Assembly (NCBI GenBank): GCA_002869265.1
Contig: PKTH01000030.1
Coordinates: 1 to 51,699 of the forward strand
From: Candidatus Parcubacteria bacterium
GTDB lineage: Bacteria > Patescibacteriota > Patescibacteriia > Patescibacteriales > BM507
Reading direction: 5' to 3'
DNA length: 51,699 nt
Below the pieces are notes generated by a model. It ran no database searches. It was given only the letters and a program-made list of their open reading frames with translations, and had not been told where the DNA came from. The first letter of the stretch is position 1. The number at the start of each line of letters is the position of its first letter. Shown one piece after another: positions 14,601 to 26,600 of the stretch. The translations under genes were made by a program, and so were the position numbers.

Positions 14601-15923
14601 TTAATGGGCAGCTTTTGCCTCAATTCCTTGAATAATTATTTTTTCAAAATATTCCGTAACATTTCTAGCCGAAATTTTATTAAATCCAACCCCGCCCTCT
14701 TTCATAGATTTGTTTAATTGATTATAAAACTCTTCTTTTCTGGTGACTCCAGAAATCCTCTCCCTAACCGCTTCTCTCATTAAACGAAGTCTATAGGGAG
14801 TCATCTGTCCCCTAAACTCCTCTAGAACGTATTTAGTTAGCTTATTTACAATACGGTCCTCCTTAGAAAAAAAGACATTGTGTTCGAATCTCCTTCTATA
14901 CCTTCTAACATCTTCTGATTGCGCTAAAATATGATCAACCTTCTCAGCCATTGCTTCAGAAACAGATTCTGTCAAACCAACTCCTCCATCAGAATATTTC
15001 AATGTTAAAAATTCGTAAAATTCTTTTTTGGACATTTTTCTTTCAATCATTCCGGCGACAACTTCTTCTAGCCTTATTATTTTATCAAAACTAATGTCTT
15101 GGGTTAAATAATTAACAATACTTTTCACTTTTAACTCAATCGGATTTGAGTAAGGATAAATTTTTGATAACTGGTCAAGCTCTGTAACCATTGTTTTTTG
15201 CTTGTCGATTTTAGCAATTTGTTTTTTATCTGGATTGGGGACTATTCTCTTGAGTTTGCCATCACCCATATAAAAAACCCTATGAGCATACATCAATTGA
15301 GCGGCGTTATGAGTAATCAGAATAATTGTAGTTTTCTCTGTCTCATTAATCTCGGCTAAAAGCTCCATAACTTGCTTTGTAGAAACCGAATCAAGATTTC
15401 CGGTTGGTTCATCGGCTAATAAAATTTTAGGGTTATTAACCATTGCTCTAGCAACCGAAACTCTTTGAATCTGTCCACCAGACAAATCTGTTGGAAATTT
15501 TTCACCTTGCGCTCCAAGTCCTACTCTTTCTAATAGTTGTTGAGCTTTCTTTCTTCTCTTTTTTTCGTTATAGCCCAAAAAAGTGAGAGGCAAAGCAACA
15601 TTTTCTATAACAGAAACAGAATTAATTAAGAAAAAAGCCTGATAAATAATACCAATAGTTTTTGTCTGGAAATGAACCATCTGCTCGGCGGTATAAGAAT
15701 ATGGATTTTCACCCAAAACATAAAGTTCGCCCGCTGATGGTTCCAGAATTCCTAAAATAGAATAAAAAATTGTTGACTTCCCACAACCAGAAGGGCCGAA
15801 AAATGAAATAACCTCTCCGGGATATATTTCAGAAGTTACTCCTCTAGTTGCTTTGTATTCATTTTCCTTTCCAAGGTTATAAGTAATTTCTAGGTTTTTT
15901 GTTTTGATAATAGGTTGTGGCAT
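14601..15923 (-). CDS. ABC transporter ATP-binding protein (MacB/LolD-like NBD) with ~210-aa C-terminal extension
   Basis: Walker A GPSGCGKST, signature LSGGQIQRVSVARA, Walker B ILLADEPTGNLD, H-loop ITHN. The NBD ends near aa 228 of 440. The extension contains two related ~80-aa repeats (KKEFYEFLTLKYSDGGVGLTESVSEAMAEKV / KEEFYNQLNKSMKEGGVGFNKISARNVTEYFEKI). Confidence 0.9.
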   Translation of the reverse strand: MPQPIIKTKNLEITYNLGKENEYKATRGVTSEIYPGEVISFFGPSGCGKSTIFYSILGILEPSAGELYVLGENPYSYTAEQMVHFQTKTIGIIYQAFFLINSVSVIENVALPLTFLGYNEKKRRKKAQQLLERVGLGAQGEKFPTDLSGGQIQRVSVARAMVNNPKILLADEPTGNLDSVSTKQVMELLAEINETEKTTIILITHNAAQLMYAHRVFYMGDGKLKRIVPNPDKKQIAKIDKQKTMVTELDQLSKIYPYSNPIELKVKSIVNYLTQDISFDKIIRLEEVVAGMIERKMSKKEFYEFLTLKYSDGGVGLTESVSEAMAEKVDHILAQSEDVRRYRRRFEHNVFFSKEDRIVNKLTKYVLEEFRGQMTPYRLRLMREAVRERISGVTRKEEFYNQLNKSMKEGGVGFNKISARNVTEYFEKIIIQGIEAKAAH

Positions 15924-15926
15924 TTG

Positions 15927-17570
15927 CTACATTTTTATATTTTTAATCCAACCGAAGGTACCTTCAAAGTTCTTGAGTATTATATCAATAATACTTTCTT
16001 CTTGGGACGGGGTAAGCATAGTAAAGTCCTGAGATCTAGCTTGGTTTAGGGCATCATCACGGCAAACAATCCAGAATTTATAAACATTTGCTGGTAAAAA
16101 GTTGGTAACGACTTGGACATGATCAGTAACTGGGTCTTCCTCTTCTGGTAAAACCTCTGCTCCGTCCAATGGTATGATCCCTCTATGATAATTTAGTTGA
16201 CACTTTGCTAGCTCGTCGGTTTCGTAACTAATAATAGTTTGAACTTTATTATCTGCTCCTGGATAAAGGGTTGATTCTGTATTTACTTTCAATATAGTTG
16301 GTGGGTCCTCATCTCTGGTAGTAATGAATGTAAGAGGTTCACTAACTGCTTTTTCATTTTGCTCATTCTCAACAGTAACAATTGCTGAATAGTAAGTATC
16401 AAAAATAAGATTGTTAAGTCTAATGGTGTGATTTGTAATATAAGCCGATTGTCCCTCAAGTTTTGACTCTCCATTGTTTAAATTTGTATATTCAATAATA
16501 GCGGTTGTAGGAATATTGGTTGTAAAAGCGATAGTGGCTGAAGTCTCCTCTACTTTAGATAAACTAAGATTTTGAATTACGGGTAATACTGATTTGGTAG
16601 TAAAGGTCTTGTCTTCACTTTTTGCTTCCTGTTCCAAAATAGTTTTTGAAGAAACCTGGAAATGATAGGTTGTGGCCGGTTCCAAACCAGTTATCTCTAT
16701 TCTATGATCTGTTACTTCATCATCTGGTTCTCCTTCGTTCCAGGTGTAAGGATCTTCGGAGTCGTAATCAAAAGACTCGTCTAGCGCCAGAGAAACAATA
16801 GAATTTGCTTCTTTATTTGTTTGCCAATATATAATTACATAGTCCGTACCAACTTCAATATCTGCATTACTTAAAATAATAGAAAGTTCAGAAACAATAT
16901 CTTCGGCTACCGCCTGAATGTGCTCCTCAATAATCTCTAGAGTCTTTTCCTCTTGAACTTGATCAATTCTTTCAAGTATTTCTAATAAAAGCTCTTTTTC
17001 CTCAACTTCTTCTATCTCTTCCAGCTGTTCAATGTCAACATCTATGTCCACCTTCCCCTCTTGGTCAACTCCAGACTGACCATCACCAAACATCTCAGCG
17101 CAGACTGCTCCGAGGTCTTCGTCTAGATTGCCGTAGCTATAATCTCTGTCCGCTTCAGTGGTAAAAGTAAAGTCGTTAGAAATTTTCTGGTTCCCGGATG
17201 CATCCGTTGAGGTTATACGGAAAAAATACTGTGAATTTGGTAATAAATCATCTAAAAATATTGTGTGTTCTGTTTTGTCAAAATGAGGATCACGTGAAAC
17301 ACCGTAGTTTCTATTCAGACTGTAATTAATTAAAGAGTCTGATTCTTCACTAGTTTTCCATTGAATCATTGTAGAGGTAGAGGTAGTATCTGAAACTACT
17401 ATATTGGAAATATCAGGTGGGGTTTCGTCCCCCGCCGCTATGGCTCTGTCTACTTTTTGGTTTTGCATGAACACAAAAAAACCCAAGCCTAAAACCACTA
17501 GGCTCGCCACAATAAACATTATAAAATTTACTATGAAAAATTTCTTTGCTTTCATTCCTCCTTCATACAT
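15927..17570 (-). CDS. N-terminally TM-anchored protein with four FN3-like domains and an acidic helical linker
   Basis: 547 aa with TM FFIVNFIMFIVASLVVLGLGFFVF. FN3-like units include PPDISNIVVSDTTSTSTMIQWKTSEESDSLINY...YFFRITSTDASGN. An acidic Glu-rich helix follows the first unit. An alternative start lies at Met6 (17555). The gene is tightly packed between the giant gene and the ABC ATPase. Confidence 0.65.
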   Translation of the reverse strand: MYEGGMKAKKFFIVNFIMFIVASLVVLGLGFFVFMQNQKVDRAIAAGDETPPDISNIVVSDTTSTSTMIQWKTSEESDSLINYSLNRNYGVSRDPHFDKTEHTIFLDDLLPNSQYFFRITSTDASGNQKISNDFTFTTEADRDYSYGNLDEDLGAVCAEMFGDGQSGVDQEGKVDIDVDIEQLEEIEEVEEKELLLEILERIDQVQEEKTLEIIEEHIQAVAEDIVSELSIILSNADIEVGTDYVIIYWQTNKEANSIVSLALDESFDYDSEDPYTWNEGEPDDEVTDHRIEITGLEPATTYHFQVSSKTILEQEAKSEDKTFTTKSVLPVIQNLSLSKVEETSATIAFTTNIPTTAIIEYTNLNNGESKLEGQSAYITNHTIRLNNLIFDTYYSAIVTVENEQNEKAVSEPLTFITTRDEDPPTILKVNTESTLYPGADNKVQTIISYETDELAKCQLNYHRGIIPLDGAEVLPEEEDPVTDHVQVVTNFLPANVYKFWIVCRDDALNQARSQDFTMLTPSQEESIIDIILKNFEGTFGWIKNIKM

Positions 17571-17614
17571 TTGTTTATTATAACAGATTTTATCTATTTT
17601 TTAAAAATATTTAT

Positions 17615-20600
17615 TTAATATAATTGCCAATCGTCATTATCTAGCTTTACAGAAAAATCGTTTTGTCCATTGTAGATTGAGGCGTCTGCCCCGAATGGTA
17701 TGCCGATCCCCCAATAAAGCTGATCGCTAACTTCACTAGCATCAGTTGGATTCGGAGTTATTATGTTCACGTCTTGTCCGATGGCTGTTAAGTTTGTGCC
17801 TCCTGACCAAGTAAAATTATTCATATCCCATTCTATATTGTTTACCGTGATTGTCCCAGAGGGACTTCCTGACATGTCAGTTCCTGACAAGGTTGTATCA
17901 ATTGGAGAGTTACCTAGATTCACAATTGTGGTTGTAGCATTTTCTGCTCCGGTGTCCTCACCAACGAAAAGATCTGAACCAAAATCAATAGTGTCTTCAT
18001 TTACACCCAGAGCAATAGTGGTGTTCAGCTCTACTGGCTGAGAACTTGTTGCGGCATAAGAAAGTCCATCAAAAATACTTATATAAGATAGCCAATTAAA
18101 CAATGACCATGGGTTATTCTCGGCATCATCGGTTGGAACTGCAAAATATTCCATTGTTGTGCTACAAGTATAAGCTGCTGTCGCGTCGGTATCACCAGAG
18201 CAGTCTGTTTTTGTACAAGAAAGAGGGTTTATTTGATAACAATCACTGTCATTTGGTGTACAATTAAATCCTCCGGTGGCATCCGACATGTATATTGCAG
18301 CCGAAGCTCCCACTATACCAGTATCACAACCATTTTGGTCAGACACTGAGGCAAGTACGGTATTCATCGGTGTTCCGCCTGCTCCTTTTAGGTTTAGAGT
18401 AATAGCCGAACCGCCATTTAGAGTCAAGGATCCTAAAACTGGTGCTACATTATTTATGGTATAGGTATTTGTTCTATAATTGTCCGTAGCTGCTAAACTA
18501 TGATTATCAAAAAGAAAGGCGTTATATGTATAATCACCACTTGGGGTCGGGGCTGTATCAGTGAAGGAACAAGAAACGTTATCTGTTGATGTGGCGTAAG
18601 AACAAATTGTATCAGTAGGACCGCCACTACAACCCGCAAAACCGGCCGAGGTTCCGATACAAACATAAAGTGAAACAATATCATCTCCTCCCAGACTATC
18701 CGGGTCGTTTGAGGTAGTAGTTATGGTGAAACTTGAGCCTGGGTCATTGTCGTCATCGCTTGTGATAATAGAGGTAAAAACTGGGGGGTGATTTACCACA
18801 AAAGGACTATCATTTGCTATACCGGTGCCAGACCCTTGTGAAGATGTCGAACATTTCGCATTACCAACACCCGCATATTTATCGCACAAGAAAGCATACC
18901 ACTCTAGAGATTCTGAGCTAGTCACAGTTGTATAATTACAGGTTGCCTCTGCGGTGCTTGAAGCTAATTCAGAAGTACACCAAGATCCCCCCTGACATAT
19001 CGGTGGCCCGTCATTACCAGGTTGAATGCTGTCTGTCTGACAGATTGCTAAATAATAGTCATCTGTCTCAGCATCTAGGGCTGTCGCGGTAAAAGTAACA
19101 TCTTGTCCAAGATTGGTTGGGGTCGAAGTAGCTGAATTGTTGTCACTTGGATTAGCGGTAAAGCTTGGAGCCGAGTTTGAAATCCCAGCCAATGTCAATT
19201 CCGGATAAATATCATAAGAATCAAGAGTAGAACCGGAGTCAGTCACCCGGAAACAATATGTACCAGCCGTTACAGCATCAACCGTCGCTCTAATAGCATA
19301 TTCTATCTCTGTATATCTATTTTCAATTAAAGTAATATTTCCAGAAGAATTTGAGGGGTCTGCCACCATTGCTCCACTAACGAAGGTGTAAGTTTCTGTG
19401 TTTGCAAGTTGAGCGGTTGTTGAATCTCCGTCAGTAAAATAAGAACTCGTAGTCATCTCCCACTCTTCAGTAGTCGCGCCCACCGGAACAGTTGTCCATC
19501 CTCCTGGATCTGTGGCACAACCTGAAGTAGTATAGGCGTATTCTATTTGGTAATCATAGTCTGTGGCACTCCCTCCTCCGGTGTTAGCAACCTCGATCCT
19601 AAGTCTTGTGGTACTACCTATTGCAAGAGCTGTCCCAGTCAGAGGATCTCCATCGTCTTCATCTTCTCTCCAGGTGGCTAGAGTTTCTGTATTATCGTCA
19701 TTTCTAAATCTATAGTGAATTTGTTTTGTGTCAGGAGAAGCGGCACTAAATGAAAAGCTTATATAGTCAGAACTAAAAGTTGTTGAAGAAGCAATGTCCT
19801 GATAAACCCGCCAAGAAGTATAATTTGAACCGTTATAATATTCTGTCAAAGCTGAATTAAGACTGCCTACCAAGCTAAAGTCAGTATTAGCGATTGAGGC
19901 TGTAGTTGAAGCTATGGTCACCCAAGCATTTGTAGACCCAAATCTGTAAGCTTGCAAATAAACCGCTCCGTCTGCCCCTCCAATACCAGATTGACCGTTC
20001 CAAGTAACATCTACAGCGTCTGTATTGTTTGTATGCTTTCTTACAAAATTATATATAGGATATTCTGAACTCGTGTCTAGAGTATCTCTAACTCCATTAT
20101 CACTAGCAACATCCGAATAGCCATTCGGATCAAGATAGTAGACAAGATCAGAAGAAGCGCTTGGAACGATAGAGACATTTTCTTTTGAATATCTCAAAGT
20201 GTCAGTTGCAACAGTAGAAAAATTTAAGTAAGAAGAATAATTATCGAGTGCTTTATCTTCGCTTAGGTTATACAAACGAACTCGATAAGTATCCCCCACT
20301 AAGGCGTTGCTAGTTTCAAGAGCAAAAACAAACTCTGTATAATAATTTTGGTTCAGAGAGAATACCCCAGTTTGGCCAGACTCTTCATGCCAGGTGCCAT
20401 TTGTCCAAGTGTTTGCATTTAATGCCGCTTTGCTTGATGTAATTAAATCGCCATCTGTCCCAGAGATTCCAGCTGAATAGGAAATTTCTGTAGCCACGCC
20501 TACATCTATCCAATTACCAGGATCATTTGTTTGATTTTCAAATTGAATTTTATAAGTTGTGTTTAAGGCAGCATCGCCTCCGGTGTTTTCTAGTTGCAGA

Positions 20601-23600
20601 CGAGCGTTGAAGCGCTCTCCAACATATAGATTTGATAAAGTTGTATCTATGGTAGCGGCACTAGTGTTGTTGTTTACTCCCGTACCGTCATCATTTTCTA
20701 TTATGAAAGAGGCTTGATCTAGATATGGCGCTTGGTTTGTTGTTACTGATGTCTGGGTAGAGCTAGCCTTATTGCCAGCCTCGTCGTAGGCCCAAATATT
20801 TATATAATAAGTGGTGTTAGCATCTAGATTATAAATAGTTGTGTCACTTGCTCCACTGTAGTTTTTGCTTGATAAATTTGCATCAACATGTTCGATATCT
20901 AGTTCACTAACTGGCGATGTAGTTGAATAAAATATTTTATACTCTGAGAAATTTAGTTCGGTGGTTTCCGCTCCAAAGTCTAGAATAATACTACTGCTTG
21001 TTTTTGACTGTTCGCTTAGGGCGCCTGGAGCACTTGGGTTAACAGTATCTACCTTGAAGTTTGGAGTTGTTAGATTATATTTTACCCAGTTTGAACATTT
21101 TGCTTGATCATCACAAGCAATAACCTGCCACTTGTAACCAGTGCTAGAGTCTGGGACCGAAGGAATGCTTAGACTATCGCTAAATTTGGTCACACTATAA
21201 TCACCAGCCGTACTGGTTGAAACAAACCAGATCTTTGTTCCACAAGATCCATAGGCTGTCCCCCAAGAACAAGCTCCACTAGGTTCAAGGGTGCTGGTTT
21301 CAAAAGAAGAGGCCTCTGGAATTAATTGAATATACAAAGATATAACCTCGGAGGTGTCGGGGTCATTGGTGGTTGCTTCTAAATAAACTTCGGGAGTCTT
21401 TGACCAACCCTGATTAGAAATGGTGGTTGTAGCGTCTGATTCGTACTGAACAAGTAGGCTTGGAGTATTTGGAGCAGAGTTTCTTTTAGCATAAGAAAAA
21501 CTAGTTGCATCATCATCGTAGTCACTCGGAGTGATACCTGTCGCAATTGTAGTCCATATCTGATTTGAACTAGGATTGTCACTTGAATTGTAAAAACGAG
21601 CATTAAAGCCATCCCAAAAAACTGCAGTGTAGTCGCTAGAACTGTTTTGATAAATTGCAATAAATTCATTTTCATTTGGGTCAATATCTGTCCGCACCCT
21701 AGACCATGTTCCAGCAGCTGCGCCAGGGACAGCAGTGCTTGTAGCATCCAAAGAATTGGCACTGGCATCAAGATTTCTATATTTTGGGGTTGCGCTTGTG
21801 TTTTCATTCCAAAGGGCAACTCCTAAGTCCACATCATAAAATACAATATCATAGGGCTTTTGTGCATCATTGGCGTATGAATAAGAATTAGTGCCTGAGA
21901 TATTGTCACTATTGGCAGGGGTTGACCAAACCGGTGCCGCAGTAGAAATATCAACTTTAAAAACGTTCACCTCACCATTTATATCATCTCCAATATAGTA
22001 GGCCACACCATCTGATTCTGGATTGACAGCAAATTCACCGTGGACAAAATCTCCTGACCAAGTAGCGGGGCTGTTTGCGGCTGTTCCGTAATTGATCGTA
22101 TTGTTGGTTACCACAAAATATTTTGCTTGAGTGTAGGCATTAACATCCGAGCTTGAAAAATTGATTGCCCCTTCTGTGTTGTCACTATCATTAAAATAAA
22201 CTTCCCCAACATAATTAGCCAGGTCTTCTTCCTCGACTGAATGTTCTGTCCAGCTTGTCCATGAGTTGGTATAACTTGAACCACCATAATAATATGCGGT
22301 GCCAACGTTTCCATAATAATCATGTCCAGATTGTCTATGATAATGATTGTCAAAAGTAGTTAAAACATAATTGTCTGTACCTGGGCGCCTAGTTAGTCGA
22401 CAGCCATTTACAACCTCGCCAGGATCAGGACCGACTGCTTCCGTAGTCCAGCCAGATGAGTCCCAAGAATAAACAAGAGTTCCATTACTAGCATTATTGT
22501 TTCTAATTACAAAGAATTCCCCGTCAGAAAGAGAGGCCAAACAAGATGATATTTTATCATTGTCGGTTGCTGCCGTTAGAGCAGAACCCAATTGAGAAGA
22601 GTTTATGAAATCATTGGCTGCATACCGATAAACAGTCCCCCACCATTCCTGGTTTGTACCATCCCAGGTTTTAACTACTACCAATATCCTCGCTCCATCG
22701 TCCGAGCGGATTGAATCAATATGTCTAATATTGTCTCCAGCGGCACTACCAAGAGTCGGACCAGTCTGTTCTGAACTCCAAGCTGCACCATCCCAATATT
22801 TATAAAAAAGAGTTCTGGTATTTTTTGTATAGAAGAAAACACCAGGAGTAGAAGATATAGGATCAGTAGTAATAGAGCTTTCAGTGGCGCTTGTTTTATT
22901 ACCCGCTTCATCGTAGGCCCAGATATTAAAGAAATATTGAGTATTTGATTCTAGGTCAGAAACCGTAGTGATTGATACTCCATTATAATTTTTATAGGCT
23001 AGGTTGGCATCTGTGTGTTCTATGTCTGATTCTGTTACTGGACTAGAGGTTGAATAAAATATTTTATAAGTTGAGAAATTAATTTCATCTGTGGATGTCC
23101 CAAAGGTCATAGTAATATTTGAACTATTTTTGCTAGACTCGACCAGTGATCCTGGGGCCGATGGCGCAGTGTCATCAACCTTGAAGTTTGGCGTTGTTGC
23201 ATTAAAGCCCTCCCAATCGCCAACACAACCACCGTCATCATCGCAGGCAAAAGCCTGCCATTTATAACCGGTGCTAGAGTCAGGAATATTGGTTATACTG
23301 GTTGTGGCATAAAAAGGAATAACAGAAAAATCTCCCGGGGTCGAGGTAGAGATAAACCAAATATTTGAACCACAAGATGTGTAAGCAGTTCCCCAAGCAC
23401 AAGCTCCACTAGGGGTGGTGGTGGCGCTAGTAAATGTGTCGCCTGTCTCGATTAATTCAAAATATATTGTTGGAATCTCTGAACTGTCCTGGTCAAGCAC
23501 TGAAGCCGATAAATATATATCATCATTGGTTATCCACGAACCATTTGATATTGGTGTTAGCCCATCATTCCAATATTGATCTCCTATTACTAAAGTGCTT

Positions 23601-26600
23601 GGTAAATAATTTGTGGTCACAGACAGCTGGGTGGAGCTAGCATTATTTCCATTGTCATCATAGGCCCAAATATTAAAGTAATACGTGACACCTGGAGTTA
23701 AACCACTCACTGTAGTAGTGGCTGCAAAATTATAATCTATATCAGATAAATTAGAATCTGTGTGTTCTGTACCTGCTTCTGTTACAGGGCTAGATGTCGC
23801 GTAAAATATTTTATAGCCGGCAAAGTTATTTTCGGTAGTAGCTCCTCCAAGATTTAGAACTACACTCTCACTATTTTTTTGGTTTAGAGTAAGCGCCCCA
23901 GGGCTTGTGGGATCAATAGTGTCAAGCAAGACTAGTTTGTTTCCTGGTGAACTTTGATCAAAAACTCCATCGTTTATAGTTGAACGAAGACAGTAAGTCC
24001 CTTCAACCCCAGGGACGTCTGTCTTGGCCAGCCAATCAAAAGCTACATAGTTTTCTCCGGGGGCTGTCCATATCCAACCAGTTGAAGAACCAACTTGATA
24101 ACTTTGATTATTGTCGACCTTGGGGTCTCCATAGTCAGCCGAGGTGAAGGCGTCTCTCTCATCAATCGTCGCTACATTTGGTGAAGAAAAATCACAAGCG
24201 ATTCCAGCCACATATTGTATCTTCGCTCTCAGGGTGTTGTCATTGTCTGGATCATCGGCACGCAATAATATATCTACTGCTCCGGTTCCGTCTGTTTTTT
24301 GAACTGTCGAAACCATCGAGCCTGTTGGCGGAGTTAATGAGCTGTTGGTGGTAGTAGATAGCTCAATAGTTGAACTAGCCTTGTTGCCTGCTTTGTCATA
24401 TGCCCAAATATTTAAAACATATTGTGTGCCCGCCGAAAGACTGCCAATTTCCGTTGAGGTGGCTCCATTATAATTTTGATAATCAAGAACACTAGGGTTT
24501 AGATATTCGAAATCACTTTCGGTCACTCCCGAAGATCCTTCTTTATAAAATATTTTGTATTCTAGGAAGTTTGTTTCTGTTGTAGATGCTCCGAAAGAAA
24601 CTGTAATACTGGTCGGACTAACCGCAATATCCCCCAAGGCTCCTGGGGGGCTTGGATCCACTGTATCTATCTTGAAATTTGGATTTGCTCCAGGAACTAC
24701 CCAGCTAGAACACTCGGCATTGTCATCACAAGACAAAACATGCCACTTATAAGAACCATCTGGAATAGCAGTAATGCTGGTAGTTCCAACATAGGGGTTG
24801 TATCTAAAAAAGTCTGGGGAACTTGTTGCCACATACCAAATATTTGAAGCACAAGAACCATAAGCAGTCCCCCAAACACAGGCCCCAGTGGGCTCAGAAG
24901 TGGCAGTAGTAAAAGAACTTAGATTATCAATGACTTCAAAATAGAGGGTAATTGTTTCATTTACATCGGGGTCTGTTGCCTGAGCTCTAAGTCTAACGTT
25001 ATTTTCACTAATCCAATTTTGATTATTAATGACAGTAATCTCATCATCAAAAAATTGTTCTAAATTTGTGGCCACCGACGGAGCGGTATTTGCTGGACTA
25101 GTGCTTAGCTTAGGATAGCCATCTGTATTGTAGTATTCAAATTCTGTGTCGTCTGATTCCACCATTCGGAAACAATAATCCGCACTTGAGCTAGCATTGT
25201 TATTATATAGAGCCCAATCCCATTCAGCGACTTCTCCTTTAGGAACCGCATTAATTACAGTTGCACTTGGATTTTCTTCTTCGTAAGTCTCAACAATTGT
25301 TGAAGATGCTAGTAAGGTAGAGGTGGCCGAGATGCCATCACTTACTGACGAATTATTATAACCTTCCCAAGCTTCTCCACTCCCAATATCCCCGACATCA
25401 GTCCAAGAAGCAATAACTGAACAATCTGACCCCTTGCCAAATTGTAATTTAAAACTTTTCGAAGATGTTGCCATGTCTTCTTTCGCTACTGAAACATTCA
25501 TTCTAAGTCTTAAGACATCAGCCAAATAAACCTGACTAATGGCTGTGTTTTCTGATGCTTTCGCACTTGTCGGTAGTTCAGAATCAATATTGTCATACCA
25601 GCGCCAATCATTTTGAGTAAATTCTGGTGGTGGTGGAGTGTATTGATAGGTATAAGACAAAATAGAGTTCATTTTAGCTCCCCCTGTACCACTACCTACT
25701 CCATTGTTTGAATAACAACTTGTGTATTGAGTGCTATTTACCGCGACTAGGGCAGAGCTGACATCATTATAAAAACGTGAAAAAGCATTTGTGCTATCAA
25801 CAGCAGCCTGATAAGTATTTGAACAACTTGGGGTAGAAGTAGATATGTCAGAATCAATGGTTGCATTTCCACCAGTAACGGTGCCGCTGCTATCGCTTAT
25901 TAAGTAACTTGTTTCTAGTTGAGCCCCTACTATTGTTTTTGTCCCAACAATCTCCGGAGCGACTATCCGAGCAGTTGTGCTAGTGGCTAGCTGAGAGTTA
26001 CCATTTACATCACTTTGTCCAGCATAGAGACTAACATTACTTAAATATCCATTTGATTCTTCAGTGTAGGTATAAGTAATCATCAATTCAGCTGAAAGAC
26101 CAGCTTGATTGGCGGTGCTGTTTGTGGTGTTAACTGTAACTGTTTTTGGGCTAGTCCCATTAGCAAGGGACAGCTCAGCATAATCACTAGAAGGAATAAT
26201 ATGATAAATATCGAAAGTTGGATTAACAATTACTGCCCCTGGGTCATAATTATAAGCATAGTTTCCTGACTGGGTGTTTGTCCCCACTTGAGTTGAAACC
26301 GTAACAGAGACTGGGGCGGATACATAATTACTGCTAACTATTCTAACCCAAGCATCCTTGACACTCACTACTCCACTGGCTGCTCCATTTTCTGGAAAAT
26401 AAACATCTACAGCTGCACTTGAAAGAGCTGTACTAGCTCCGTTATTGAGAACGCCTAGTGGATAAGAAACAGTTCTGGTTTTTGTAGCAGCCGAACTAGA
26501 GGCAACATAGGTCATGGCAACCTCTCCTCCCATTAGATAATAAACGTAAGCGAGACTGGAGGCGGGATGCATTTCTAATTTCTGAGCAGTATTTGGACTG

